Made by a program: the position numbers and the translations under genes
NCBI GenBank assembly: GCA_051382305.1
Contig: JBBCAV010000164.1
Span: 1-59,167 of the forward strand
DNA from: Bdellovibrionota bacterium FG-2
Lineage (GTDB): Bacteria > Bdellovibrionota > UBA1018
Direction: 5' to 3'
Length of the DNA stretch: 59,167 nucleotides
Notes under the pieces: generated by a model
The model's input: the letters and a program-made list of their open reading frames with translations, nothing else
What the model was told of the DNA's origin: nothing
Databases searched by the model: none
Shown: positions 1 to 9,289 of the stretch, piece after piece
Layout: each line of letters starts with the position of its first letter
How positions within the stretch are numbered: the stretch's first letter is position 1

Positions 1-1
1 T

Positions 2-517
2 ATTAGCTCCGCACAACAGGAGGACTCCTATGCCTTGGATGTGCTGAGTAACATTTTGTTTGAGGGAACTTCTTCGAGAGCTTACCGTAAACTTGTTCTT
101 GAAAAAGATTACGCCATTGGGGTTTCCGGATCGGCCTACACGCCTGCTTTTCCGGGCCTTTTCTTGATTTCGGCTACGGCCAAGCGGGGAGTGAGTGCGG
201 AAACAGGGTTGTCGGAGTTGTATTCATTGATTGGAGAGGTTCAGGATAAAGGGGTCGACGAACACGAAATTCAAGCGGCGGTTAAGCAACTGACCTTGCA
301 GTTGGTGGATAGCATTCGAACCCCCTATGGCTTGGGACAGTTGATTGGAATTGTGGAGCTCATTTTCGGTGATCCTCGAAGATTTTCGGATGATCTTAAC
401 AAGTACTTGCGAGTTTCGCAGGTCGACGTGCAAAGAGTGGCGAGAAAATATCTTAATCCTAATAATCGTACAGTGGTGACGCTTAAGCCTGAGACGAACG
501 AAGGGGAGGCACCGTGA
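2..517 (+). CDS. M16 (pitrilysin/insulinase) family peptidase, C-terminal part; 5' end outside the window
   Basis: The frame is open from the window edge (same frame as ORF 35..517). The sequence YALDVLSNILFEGTSSRAYRKLV... and ...VQRVARKYLNPNNRTVVTLKP resembles Peptidase_M16_C. The stop overlaps the GTG start of the next M16 gene (GTGA). Confidence 0.75.
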   Translation: MSSAQQEDSYALDVLSNILFEGTSSRAYRKLVLEKDYAIGVSGSAYTPAFPGLFLISATAKRGVSAETGLSELYSLIGEVQDKGVDEHEIQAAVKQLTLQLVDSIRTPYGLGQLIGIVELIFGDPRRFSDDLNKYLRVSQVDVQRVARKYLNPNNRTVVTLKPETNEGEAP

Positions 518-1929
518 GAGTTATTGCGCTCCTAGTATGCCAGACCCTGTTGTTTTTTTCCACGGCTCAGGCTGCCCTGCAGGAGCCTGAGGTTGAAGTT
601 TTGCCTAACGGATTAACCGTGGCTTGGTTCACCAGTCCAAAACTTCCAATTGTCGATTTTATTTTTCTAGTGAAGGCAGGCAGCAAAGATGATCCGGTAG
701 GGAAAAGCGGGACGGCCCAACTCGTCGCGGCGACCCTGGATCAGGGCGCTGCCGGGATGAGTGCGCAGCAAATTGGCCGCGCTATTGAAAGTTTGGGGGC
801 GACTCGGTCTGTTTCTGCGGAAGAAGATGTGTTTACAGCTTCTGTTCATGGACTGGCTTCAGATGGAAGGCGGCTCTTGGATTTGCTGTTTAAGATCGCG
901 ATTCAGCCGGATTTTCCGCTCCCCGAGGTGACACGCGAGCAGGCTCGGATTCTTGATCGTTGGTCACATCTCAAGGATTATTCAGATTCGCTGGCCTCTC
1001 TTGCGTTGGGGAGACTTTTGACTTGGGGTTCGCCCTATCAACGGGGAGGGTTCCTTTCTTCGACCGAGTTCCAAAACGTGAATCGAGGAGATTTGGACGC
1101 CTTTCATAAAACATATTTCTTGCCTTCTAACGCCATTTTGACCGTCGTGGGCCAAGTGAAACGGGAGGAGTTGCGTCCTTTGCTCCTTAAAGAATTTGGG
1201 GATTCCGAAAAATTTCCTCCTAGCGAAGTGGTTCGTATTCCCGCTCGTGGATTTTTTGATCCGCGCTTGAAATCCGCGACTACATCTGCGCAGGGGGCAT
1301 TTCGGAGGATCGTTGTTGTCGAGCGGCCTCTTCTTAAGCAGGTACAGATTCGGATTGGGGTGCGCGCGCCACTGATCGGAGATCCAGAACACTACGCCTT
1401 GGTTGTGGGCAACGCTTTGATTGGAGAGTTATTTAATAGTCGTCTCAATGGTCTTATTCGTGATCAGCTTGGACTTACTTACGGCGTTCAAAGTTCTTTC
1501 TCGTATAAAAAAGAGTTTGCTTCTTTTAGCATTGCAACTTCTACGCGCACCGATCAGGTGGGGTTGGTTCTACAGAAGACGGTAGAGGTCCTTAGACAAT
1601 TGCAGGAGGGGCAACTCACTCAAGAGGAGGTGAAAGTTGCCAAGGAATTTTTGTTGGGTGGCTTTCCTCTTTCAACCTCCACTTTAGAGTCCGTTGCTTC
1701 TCACTGGCTTGTTGGAATGGTCTTTGATCGCGGTGCAGGTTATCTCAATGAGTTTTCCCCGCGGGTGAAGGCGGTTACCCGAGATCAGGTGGTGGCCGCC
1801 TTGCGAAAACATTTGAACCTCAACAATCTCGTGATCGTGGTGGCAGGGCCTTCGAGTGAAATTGAGAAGAGCCTTGTTGTTTCTGGTTTTAAGTCGCTTA
1901 AGCGCTTGACGGTGAAGGATCTGGAGTAG
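514..1929 (+). CDS. M16 family peptidase-like protein, probably the non-catalytic partner subunit; secreted
   Basis: The 471-aa protein has an N-terminal signal-like segment (LLVCQTLLFFSTAQA). The M16 layout is present (LPNGLTVAWF..., ...KVAKEFLLGGFPL). Where the HxxEH zinc motif is expected, the sequence reads GKSGTAQLVAATLDQGA. AAGGGGAGG lies upstream of the GTG start. Confidence 0.75.
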   Translation: MRVIALLVCQTLLFFSTAQAALQEPEVEVLPNGLTVAWFTSPKLPIVDFIFLVKAGSKDDPVGKSGTAQLVAATLDQGAAGMSAQQIGRAIESLGATRSVSAEEDVFTASVHGLASDGRRLLDLLFKIAIQPDFPLPEVTREQARILDRWSHLKDYSDSLASLALGRLLTWGSPYQRGGFLSSTEFQNVNRGDLDAFHKTYFLPSNAILTVVGQVKREELRPLLLKEFGDSEKFPPSEVVRIPARGFFDPRLKSATTSAQGAFRRIVVVERPLLKQVQIRIGVRAPLIGDPEHYALVVGNALIGELFNSRLNGLIRDQLGLTYGVQSSFSYKKEFASFSIATSTRTDQVGLVLQKTVEVLRQLQEGQLTQEEVKVAKEFLLGGFPLSTSTLESVASHWLVGMVFDRGAGYLNEFSPRVKAVTRDQVVAALRKHLNLNNLVIVVAGPSSEIEKSLVVSGFKSLKRLTVKDLE

Positions 1930-2299
1930 CGTCCACTGATATTGATTGGGGCTTGCTCAGCGCGATCATCGAGCATCTGCCTTCAAAATAGGCCCCGGGT
2001 TCCAGTTTGAGTGAGGGAGATTCAATGTCGCCGATGACCCGTCCGGTTTGCGATACGACCACTTTTTTTTGTGCGATAATTTTTCCTTTGACGTAGCCAT
2101 CAACGAAAAGAGTATCGGCACGCACTGTTCCCTCGACGACCGAGGTTTCTCCAAGGATGAGGGTGCTGCCTTCTTCTCCTATGACTTCTCCTTCGAGGAC
2201 GCCGTGAATTCGAGCGACTCGATTGAGCACCAGAGTCCCCTGAATGCGACTGTCTTCAGAGATGATATTGATCGAAGATTCGTGGATGGTGGAATTCAT
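1898..2299 (-). CDS. bactofilin (polymer-forming cytoskeletal protein, DUF583)
   Basis: The 133-aa protein shows the repetitive beta-helix pattern IQGTLVLNRVARIHGVLEGEVIG...VEGTVRADTLFVDGYVKGKIIAQKKVVVSQTGRVIGDIESPSLKLEPGAYFEG. An ATGA overlap joins it to the upstream gene. Confidence 0.85.
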   Translation of the reverse strand: MNSTIHESSINIISEDSRIQGTLVLNRVARIHGVLEGEVIGEEGSTLILGETSVVEGTVRADTLFVDGYVKGKIIAQKKVVVSQTGRVIGDIESPSLKLEPGAYFEGRCSMIALSKPQSISVDATPDPSPSSA

Positions 2300-3117
2300 G
2301 AGTGGGAAGCCTCGTCTTGAGGGATCGGGTGAATTTGATGAATGAGAATTTCTCCGGCGGAGTTTAGAATAATGATTTCCACCGTTTTGAGCAATTTTCT
2401 TGAACTCACCGAATCAAACTCGGCGCTGACTTCGCGAAAGCGGCTGACTGAAAAATATTCACCTTTTGATGGATCGATTAAGGACGCTTGGCCAGCAGCT
2501 TGAAAAAGCGATTCCGGATAGCCCAAGAGCGTTTCTTCGCCTCGCGCGAGAACGATGATTTTCCCTTGCTGATTGCCCTTGTCCTCTTTTGTGTATTGAA
2601 GGGCAAAGTTGGCGATGAGGGTTTGTGCTTTCCAGTATATTTTGGGAGCGGTGAGACTAATCGACAGCTCGGTCTGAGAGGGAGCGGCCTTTGGGGTTTG
2701 TTGCTGGGGTAGGCCACTGAATAAATAAGGCGCACCGGAGATATTTTCAGCAGGTTTTCCAGGAGCTGCGGGAGGGCTTGAGTTTTCAGACTCAGAACTT
2801 TGAATCGGAAAGGCACTTGGCGTAGGTGCCGCGGATTGAACGACGGATTCTTTTGATTCCAGATGGCGATTGGCTTCTTTGAGGCGTCCAATTTCCTGTT
2901 CGAGGTCTTGGAGGTGTGTCGGATCGCTGTTTCTAAGCTTTTGAAAATAGGTGAGCGCAAGCACCGTACTCACAATCGCAGTGATCACAAAAAAACCAAT
3001 TAGAATGGAGAGTTTGTGAAACCATCGCTCCGAAAATTGCAGGGTTCGCGGGGAGCGATTGTCTTTAAAGAGTAGTAGAGTAATAAGGTCGGATGTTTTT
3101 GTGGCTTTTTTATTCAT
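2296..3117 (-). CDS. hypothetical single-pass membrane protein with coiled coil and Pro/Ser-rich linker; translationally coupled to bactofilin
   Basis: There is one TM segment (LSILIGFFVITAIVSTVLALTYF), a coiled segment (LQDLEQEIGRLKEANRHLE) and a P/S-rich linker. I recognise no catalytic motif. I prefer the ATG at 3117; the ORF is open to a TTG at 3171. Confidence 0.55.
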   Translation of the reverse strand: MNKKATKTSDLITLLLFKDNRSPRTLQFSERWFHKLSILIGFFVITAIVSTVLALTYFQKLRNSDPTHLQDLEQEIGRLKEANRHLESKESVVQSAAPTPSAFPIQSSESENSSPPAAPGKPAENISGAPYLFSGLPQQQTPKAAPSQTELSISLTAPKIYWKAQTLIANFALQYTKEDKGNQQGKIIVLARGEETLLGYPESLFQAAGQASLIDPSKGEYFSVSRFREVSAEFDSVSSRKLLKTVEIIILNSAGEILIHQIHPIPQDEASHS

Positions 3118-3203
3118 GTTAGGACCATTTGAATTTGAGAAAACGTTAGCTTTTTGAAATTTAAGTGTCAACTTTGCTCACGCTTTTGCCGAAGAACAAA
3201 TTG

Positions 3204-4619
3204 ATGAAGATTCTTCTTCTTAATCCGCATGCTGATGCGGGGCGCAAGATTGGGGCCTGTTTGAAAGCTGAGGGCGTAGCGGTCCTGCTTTGTGAAACGG
3301 GATCTGAAGCTCTGAAGCTCCTTCAACTCCACGCAGACGTGGATGTTGCGCTCGTTCACCGAGAAGGTGCTGTTTCTACAAACGGCGCTGCGCAGGATTC
3401 TGGGTTGCAGTTTGTGAATAGGATGAGGGCAAGTCCCTCTTTCGCTGATTTGCCGTATATTTTGACTTCAGAAACTTGGAACGACGAGGATTTCGCAAAG
3501 CATCAGGCGACGTCAGTAGGTGCAAATGCCTATTTGAAGTGGTCAGAGGCTGAGGTGCAGGTGCTCCCGCTTCTCGCTCAGGTGATGGGGGTTGAGTTCT
3601 CATCTTCGTCTTTCGTTCTTGAGGATGCGACAACGGCTTTTGGGGGCGCAAAAGCTGGGGGGACTTCGAGTATTCAATTGGCCGCCCCAGATTTGTCGTC
3701 GGTATCAGTTCCTACCGCCATTCCCACGGGTTTGGTTGAGCTGCATTCAAGCCAAATGGCGGGTCAAACTCAAAGTTCATTCATGATTCAAGATCCGGTG
3801 TATGCAGAGGTGGATCTTGGGGATTCACCAGACGACCGCGAAGCCGTTCAGGAGATGCCTTATCTTTTTACTAAGACCGAAGCCTATAAGACTCGGCTCG
3901 GGTTATCCCGGAGTTCTGAGGCACAATTCGGGTTTGCTCAACCGTTGGGCAATGCAGTGGTTCCAGGGGGAGCTTCACAAGCTCCGGATACGGAGACTCT
4001 GAAGAAGCTCTTGCAGCTTCGTGAGCAAGATGTTGGAGTTTTATCGACTCAACTTAAATCAGCTCAGGATCAGATTTTATCTCTCGAGGATTTGCTGCAA
4101 GAAGAGCGTGGAAAGAATAGCGAAGCGCATCATCTGAGCGAGGAGCAAAGACGCCGCATTGCCGATTTTGAAAAAGAGAAGGGGCAAGCTCTCGATGCGA
4201 TGCAGATGGAGATGGATGAAGTTCGTCTCCAGATGAAGGTAAAGATGGATCGGGCGCGCGTTCTCGAAACTCAGGTGCGTGATGCGACCCAAGAGTTGGA
4301 GCGTCTTAAAGAACGCGTTCGAATTGATATTCGTAAAATTCGCGTTCGTGAAAAAGATTTGGAAAACCGCCTTGAGATTATGAAAAAAGATTCTGAGGCA
4401 TTGCTGATCGCGCGCGACAACAAGATCATCGAACTCAAGCGTAAGCTTGATTTATTGGAATTCAATATGGATCTCTTGCAGGACCAATATAATCGTGAAA
4501 AGGATATGACGGCCCAGCTGCGGGAGCGCCTTGGAAAGGCTTCTCAAATGATGAGAGTTGCCGGCGGATTGCTGGATTCGCAAGACAGTGAATCAGAAAC
4601 TCCTCAGAAAGCGTCCTAA
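3204..4619 (+). CDS. FrzS-like protein: N-terminal pseudo-receiver domain plus long C-terminal coiled coil
   Basis: The receiver-like fold starts at MKILLLNPHADAGRKIGACLKAEGVAVLL. The phospho-acceptor position is His (DVALVHREG, codon 3357..3359) and the acidic pair reads NPH. The C-terminal ~200 aa are heptad-rich (LEDLLQEERGKNSEAHHLSEEQRRRIADFEKEK...). The ORF is open from 3165. Confidence 0.6.
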   Translation: MKILLLNPHADAGRKIGACLKAEGVAVLLCETGSEALKLLQLHADVDVALVHREGAVSTNGAAQDSGLQFVNRMRASPSFADLPYILTSETWNDEDFAKHQATSVGANAYLKWSEAEVQVLPLLAQVMGVEFSSSSFVLEDATTAFGGAKAGGTSSIQLAAPDLSSVSVPTAIPTGLVELHSSQMAGQTQSSFMIQDPVYAEVDLGDSPDDREAVQEMPYLFTKTEAYKTRLGLSRSSEAQFGFAQPLGNAVVPGGASQAPDTETLKKLLQLREQDVGVLSTQLKSAQDQILSLEDLLQEERGKNSEAHHLSEEQRRRIADFEKEKGQALDAMQMEMDEVRLQMKVKMDRARVLETQVRDATQELERLKERVRIDIRKIRVREKDLENRLEIMKKDSEALLIARDNKIIELKRKLDLLEFNMDLLQDQYNREKDMTAQLRERLGKASQMMRVAGGLLDSQDSESETPQKAS

Positions 4620-4620
4620 T

Positions 4621-6009
4621 TTGGCTCGAAAACCGCGCTATCGGGTTCTTCTTGTTGGAAATGATCCCAAACAGACGGAGTATTTTTCAGAGCTTATAGG
4701 CGATGTTGCGCCATCGAATATCGATGTTCTAAATCGAGTTGAATCTTCGGGTCAGTGGATTGAGTGGTCTTCTTATCACCTAGTCGTGATTGAGGCTCCT
4801 GACTGGGAGGAGGGCCGAAGTCTTCTGGAGCAGATTAAGAGTCTTAGCCCTGTCACGGGGGTGTTGTTGATTTCAGATGATGCGAGTGTCGAGCATGCCG
4901 TGTCGGCAATTCGATTGGGAGCTGACGACTATATTCAGAAGCCGTTTAAGATCGAGGCCTTTCAACTTTCAGTGCGGCGCTGTCTGGATCGGAAAGATGT
5001 CTTTGCCGAAGATCAAAAGGCCTCTTCATTTTTTCACTTACTCAATAGTTGTCAGTTGGTTTCGGCAAGTTTAGATCAAGATAAAATCTTTTCAATCGTG
5101 AAGAGTTATTTTGCCCATGAACTGAATTCCGATTACTCCGCCATTTATGTTTTGAAAAATAAGGATTCCGTACGGCTTGAGTCTGAGAGAGATTCGGATC
5201 GGGCGCTTGAAGAAGTCATGGACATTGCGGTGTGTGCGCAGTGCCCTTTTTCGGAAATGATTGAAAAAAGCGAGACTTTCCGTTTTGTGGAACGAGGGCA
5301 ATTGACGCCAGGGTATTTTGTATTTCGATTTCGCTGCGCGGGGGATGTGGATTATTTTTGCGTGTGTCTTTCTCCTCACAAACCCGGAGGGCAAAAAGGA
5401 CTAGATGGGACGGAAGGAGCTGAGGCGTTTGAAGGTCGGATTCGTATGTTGAACGCCCAGCTTGAAGTGACCGGAAGAAACATCGAGAGTTTCGCGGGCG
5501 TTCAGCAGCTCGTTTTTGTCGATGATGCAACCGGACTCTACAACACGCGCTATTTGAATCAGGTTCTCGATCGTGAAATTGAAGGGCACTTGACCACCGG
5601 GAATCGCCCCTTTGCGGTGCTTTTTATTGACGTAGATCATTTTAAGAAAGTTAATGACACGCACGGCCACTTGGTCGGCACTAAGATTTTGAACGAGCTT
5701 GGTGGCCGACTCAAGGGTTTTGTGAGGGGCTCTGATATTGTATTTCGCTATGGGGGGGATGAGTTTGTGGCGGTCCTTACCCCTTGCGATTTGGAGACGG
5801 CTAAGAATGTGGCTCATCGAGTGCTGCGGTTGGTCGCTGAGCAGCCTTTTGCAGAAGAGCAGGGTTTGAACTTACATTTGAGTGTTTCAATTGGTGTCGC
5901 AGTTTTCCCACTTCATGCGCGATCAAAAAAAGAGATCATCGACGCGGCAGATCGAGCCATGTACGACGCAAAAAAACGCTCGCGCAACTCAGTTACGATT
6001 GCGGAGTGA
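4621..6009 (+). CDS. diguanylate cyclase with N-terminal receiver-like domain (acceptor Asp replaced by Glu), central GAF-like region and GGDEF domain
   Basis: The receiver region reads RYRVLLVGND...HLVVIEAPDW...VLLISDD...DYIQKPF. The GGDEF domain reads TGLYNTRYL...FIDVDHFKKVNDTHGH...RYGGDEFVAVL, with RGSD exactly 5 residues before GGDEF (I-site). The start is uncertain: TTG 4558, GTG 4588 or TTG 4621. I chose 4621 because it follows the upstream stop. Confidence 0.8.
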   Translation: MARKPRYRVLLVGNDPKQTEYFSELIGDVAPSNIDVLNRVESSGQWIEWSSYHLVVIEAPDWEEGRSLLEQIKSLSPVTGVLLISDDASVEHAVSAIRLGADDYIQKPFKIEAFQLSVRRCLDRKDVFAEDQKASSFFHLLNSCQLVSASLDQDKIFSIVKSYFAHELNSDYSAIYVLKNKDSVRLESERDSDRALEEVMDIAVCAQCPFSEMIEKSETFRFVERGQLTPGYFVFRFRCAGDVDYFCVCLSPHKPGGQKGLDGTEGAEAFEGRIRMLNAQLEVTGRNIESFAGVQQLVFVDDATGLYNTRYLNQVLDREIEGHLTTGNRPFAVLFIDVDHFKKVNDTHGHLVGTKILNELGGRLKGFVRGSDIVFRYGGDEFVAVLTPCDLETAKNVAHRVLRLVAEQPFAEEQGLNLHLSVSIGVAVFPLHARSKKEIIDAADRAMYDAKKRSRNSVTIAE

Positions 6010-6034
6010 GTGCGGATCTTTTACGTTCATCGGT

Positions 6035-6766
6035 ATGCATGTAATCGCAGTTATTCCGGCTCGGATGGGCTCGACTCGCCTCGCTGCAAAACCATTAGCA
6101 GACATTCATGGCAAGCCCATGGTTCAGTGGGTTTATGAGCGGGCGCGAGCCGCGTCAAGTATCCATCGAACGGTGGTCGCCACGGATCATCCCAAAATCG
6201 TTGAAGCGGTCCAAAAGTTTGGGGGGGAAGCAATCCTGACCGATCCTGCGCTCCCAAGCGGAACCGATCGGGTCGCGGCGGTCGCTGATCTGATTCCGGG
6301 GGATGTTTTTGTAAATATTCAAGGCGACGAGCCTTTCATGGACGCTCGGGCCATTGATGGCGCGGTGAAACTTGTCGTGTCGGGGAAGTTTTCTATGGCG
6401 ACTGCGATGACTCCGCTTCGATCCCAAGAAGAGCTCTACGATCAGGGTTGTGTGAAGGTCATCGCCGATGCGCAGGGGCGGGCGATCTATTTTTCAAGAT
6501 TTGCGATCCCCTACAGTCGGGGCGAGGTGCCAAAGTCAGGTTTTGTGTCGCGTAGGCATGTGGGTCTTTATGTCTATGCCCGGGAAACGTTGATGACTTT
6601 TCGTTCTTTGGCTCCTTCTCAAATTGAAAAAGGAGAAGTTCTTGAACAATTGCGGGCTCTTGAAAACGGGATTGCCATCGGAATCACCGAGGTCGATTTT
6701 GTTTCTGTGGGCGTGGATACGGCGGAGGATTTAGAACGTGCGCGCCGTCTTGCTATAAAATCATGA
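6035..6766 (+). CDS. kdsB: 3-deoxy-manno-octulosonate cytidylyltransferase (CMP-KDO synthetase)
   Basis: MHVIAVIPARMGSTRLAAKPLADIHGKPMVQWVYERA...NIQGDEPF is the canonical KdsB N-terminus. I prefer the ATG at 6035 over the long ORF start at 5882, which overlaps the GGDEF gene. Confidence 0.9.
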   Translation: MHVIAVIPARMGSTRLAAKPLADIHGKPMVQWVYERARAASSIHRTVVATDHPKIVEAVQKFGGEAILTDPALPSGTDRVAAVADLIPGDVFVNIQGDEPFMDARAIDGAVKLVVSGKFSMATAMTPLRSQEELYDQGCVKVIADAQGRAIYFSRFAIPYSRGEVPKSGFVSRRHVGLYVYARETLMTFRSLAPSQIEKGEVLEQLRALENGIAIGITEVDFVSVGVDTAEDLERARRLAIKS

Positions 6767-6786
6767 GATAGGTAGGGTTTTAAACA

Positions 6787-8451
6787 ATGGCTAAGCAGAA
6801 AAAGTTTATTTTTGTCACAGGTGGAGTTCTTTCAAGCATCGGCAAAGGCATCGCGGCCGCGTCGATCGGAATGCTGATGGAGCAACGCGGGATCAAAGTC
6901 ACGATGATCAAGATGGATCCCTATCTGAATGTGGATCCAGGCACGATGAGTCCTTTTCAACACGGAGAAGTTTTTGTCTTAGACGATGGCTCCGAGACGG
7001 ATTTGGATCTGGGGCATTATTCGCGGTTTGTGGAGAAAGCTTATTTCACAAAGAAGAACAGTTTTACGACGGGTCGGATTTACGATGCGGTGATTCGGCG
7101 CGAGCGGGCGGGCGGATATTTGGGAAAAACGGTACAGGTGATTCCGCATATTACGGATGAAATTAAGAAGCATATTCTTGAAGGCTCTGATGATGCGGAT
7201 CTGACGATTGTGGAAGTGGGGGGGACGGTCGGTGATATTGAGAGTTTGCCCTTCTTAGAGGCTATTCGCCAGATGCGGGCAGATCAGGGTGCGGCCAATG
7301 TTCTTTTCGTGCATCTCACTTTGGTGCCCTACATTGCGGCAGCCGGCGAGCTTAAGACGAAGCCCACTCAGCATAGTGTGAAAGAACTTCGAGAGATCGG
7401 GATTCAGCCTGATATTTTGTTGTGTCGCTCGGATCGAAAACTCCCTAAAGACGTAAAAGACAAGATTGGCCTCTTCTGTAACGTTCCCGGCGAGCAAGTG
7501 TTCAGTGCCGTCGATGTGAACAGTATTTATGAAGTGCCGCTGTATTTTCATGAAGAAGCTTTGGATGAAAAAATTGGCGAAAAACTGGGGATTTGGACGG
7601 GGCGGCCCGATCTTTCAAAGTGGAAAGCGATGGTCGAAAAGATCAAAAATCCTTCGGGCGAAGTGACGATTGGGATTGTGGGCAAATATACCGATTGGCG
7701 CGATAGTTATAAGTCGCTCTCTGAGTCCTTAATTCATGGCGGTGTGGCAAACGACGTCCGCGTGCAGATGCTCTATATTGACTCTGAAGACATTGAGCAG
7801 GGCAAGAATCAAGACCTCTTGCGCTCGGTAGATGGAATTTTAGTCCCCGGTGGATTTGGGGAGCGAGGCATTGAAGGCAAGATCAAAGCCATTGAGTTTG
7901 CGCGCAAAGAGAAAATTCCATTTTTTGGAATTTGTCTTGGGATGCAACTTGCGGTGGTCGAATTTGCGCGCAACTGTGCAGGAATGGCCGAAGCACATTC
8001 GGCAGAATTTAAACCCGAAGGCAAATTTAACGTTATTGATCTGATGGAGTCTCAGCGGGGAGTTTCTGATAAAGGCGGCACGATGCGCTTAGGGGGCTAT
8101 GTTTGCAACGTCCTTCACAAGGCGGGTTCTAAATCCACAAAAGCTTTTTCAGCTTATGGCAAAGAGCAGGTGACGGAGCGTCATCGCCATCGCTTTGAAG
8201 TGTCAAACACGTTTAAGCCTCAACTTGAAGAAAAGGGTCTTCTGGTCTCCGGACGTCATGTCTCGAAAACAGACGCTTCTGAGTTAGTTGAGATGATTGA
8301 GCTTCCGAATCATCCCTACTTCCTGGGCTGCCAGTTTCATCCTGAGTTTTTGAGCAAGCCTCTGGCCCCGCATCCTTTGTTTAGTTCATTTATCAAAGCC
8401 GCGGTCGATGTGGGTGGCAAGACCCAGAAGAAACTCAAAGGGATTGGGTGA
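6787..8451 (+). CDS. pyrG: CTP synthase
   Basis: The N-terminus is [23 protein letters not shown]. The glutamine amidotransferase region is [19 protein letters not shown]...GCQFHPEF. Length is 554 aa. Confidence 0.97.
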   Translation: MAKQKKFIFVTGGVLSSIGKGIAAASIGMLMEQRGIKVTMIKMDPYLNVDPGTMSPFQHGEVFVLDDGSETDLDLGHYSRFVEKAYFTKKNSFTTGRIYDAVIRRERAGGYLGKTVQVIPHITDEIKKHILEGSDDADLTIVEVGGTVGDIESLPFLEAIRQMRADQGAANVLFVHLTLVPYIAAAGELKTKPTQHSVKELREIGIQPDILLCRSDRKLPKDVKDKIGLFCNVPGEQVFSAVDVNSIYEVPLYFHEEALDEKIGEKLGIWTGRPDLSKWKAMVEKIKNPSGEVTIGIVGKYTDWRDSYKSLSESLIHGGVANDVRVQMLYIDSEDIEQGKNQDLLRSVDGILVPGGFGERGIEGKIKAIEFARKEKIPFFGICLGMQLAVVEFARNCAGMAEAHSAEFKPEGKFNVIDLMESQRGVSDKGGTMRLGGYVCNVLHKAGSKSTKAFSAYGKEQVTERHRHRFEVSNTFKPQLEEKGLLVSGRHVSKTDASELVEMIELPNHPYFLGCQFHPEFLSKPLAPHPLFSSFIKAAVDVGGKTQKKLKGIG

Positions 8452-9289
8452 TTTTGTGAAGGTCCTTGCCGGTCTTTGTGTTTTAGAAGATGAGGGGCTG
8501 GTTTTTGAAGTCGCTGAGGAGCTTAAGCGACAAACCCAGGGTCTCCCGATTGATCTGTATTTCAAAGCTTCATTTGATAAAGCAAATCGCACTTCGATCT
8601 CGAGTTTTCGCGGCCCCGGCATGGATGCGGGACTCAAGATGCTTGAGAAGGTTCGTGCGAAAACGGGTTTGAAGCTGGTTACAGATTTTCATACGCCCGA
8701 TCAAGCCGAGGCCGTCGCAGCGGTTGTGGACTTTATGCAAATCCCGGCCTTTTTGTGTCGTCAGACCGATATGATTATCGCGGGCGCGAAGGCGGCGCTT
8801 AAGCATGGTCGGCGTCTTAATGTAAAGAAGGGGCAGTTTTTAGCGCCTTGGGATACGCGCAATATTGTAGAGAAGGTGCGCGAGGTCGAAGTTCAAGAAG
8901 GATTGCGCGGTGTGGATTCGGAGTGGTTTTGGATCACGGAGCGCGGTGTTTCTTTTGGTTACAATGCGCTAGTGGTGGATATGAGTTCGTTTCAGGTGAT
9001 TCAGGGATTTGGTGTGCCGGTGTTTTATGATGCGACTCACTCGATACAAATTCCTGGGGCTGCCCCTGGTGGAAAGAGCACAGGCGGGAAGCGCGAAATT
9101 TTGGAGGTGCTCGCGCGCGGCGCAATGGCGGCGGGCGCGGATGGTGTGTTTTTGGAATGCCACCCCAGGCCTTTGGAGGCCAAGAGCGATGGACCGAATG
9201 CATTTTTTCTCGAGCATGTGGGTGCTTTTTTGAAGCAGCTTTTGGCGATTCAGGCGGTCGTTGGGCCGATGCCGAAGTTACTGCACTGA
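8408..9289 (+). CDS. kdsA: 2-dehydro-3-deoxyphosphooctonate aldolase (KDO-8-phosphate synthase)
   Basis: Recognisable segments are [11 protein letters not shown]...[13 protein letters not shown]..., [13 protein letters not shown]...NVKKGQF and ...FYDATHS. The start is either ATG 8408 (overlapping pyrG) or GTG 8456. Confidence 0.9.
   Translation: MWVARPRRNSKGLGDFVKVLAGLCVLEDEGLVFEVAEELKRQTQGLPIDLYFKASFDKANRTSISSFRGPGMDAGLKMLEKVRAKTGLKLVTDFHTPDQAEAVAAVVDFMQIPAFLCRQTDMIIAGAKAALKHGRRLNVKKGQFLAPWDTRNIVEKVREVEVQEGLRGVDSEWFWITERGVSFGYNALVVDMSSFQVIQGFGVPVFYDATHSIQIPGAAPGGKSTGGKREILEVLARGAMAAGADGVFLECHPRPLEAKSDGPNAFFLEHVGAFLKQLLAIQAVVGPMPKLLH

Noticed and set aside
5752-5758. G7 runs in the GGDEF motif, kdsB (6221..6227), pyrG (7218..7224), patatin (29771..29777) and ligA (26732..26738) as phase-variation tracts
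   Set aside because: These runs arise from Gly-Gly encoded as GGG GGG (or CCC CCC on the opposite strand) in essential or conserved motifs. They reflect codon preference, not contingency loci. They set the background against which the G8 and G9 tracts must be judged.
5882-6034. N-terminal extensions implied by the longest ORFs (kdsB 5882, glpK 22375, ligA 27718, patatin 29443, oxidoreductase alpha 40541, GT2 22362, the gene after fliS 49497)
   Set aside because: In each case an internal ATG reproduces the conserved family N-terminus and removes a long overlap with the neighbouring gene. The extensions have no family similarity.
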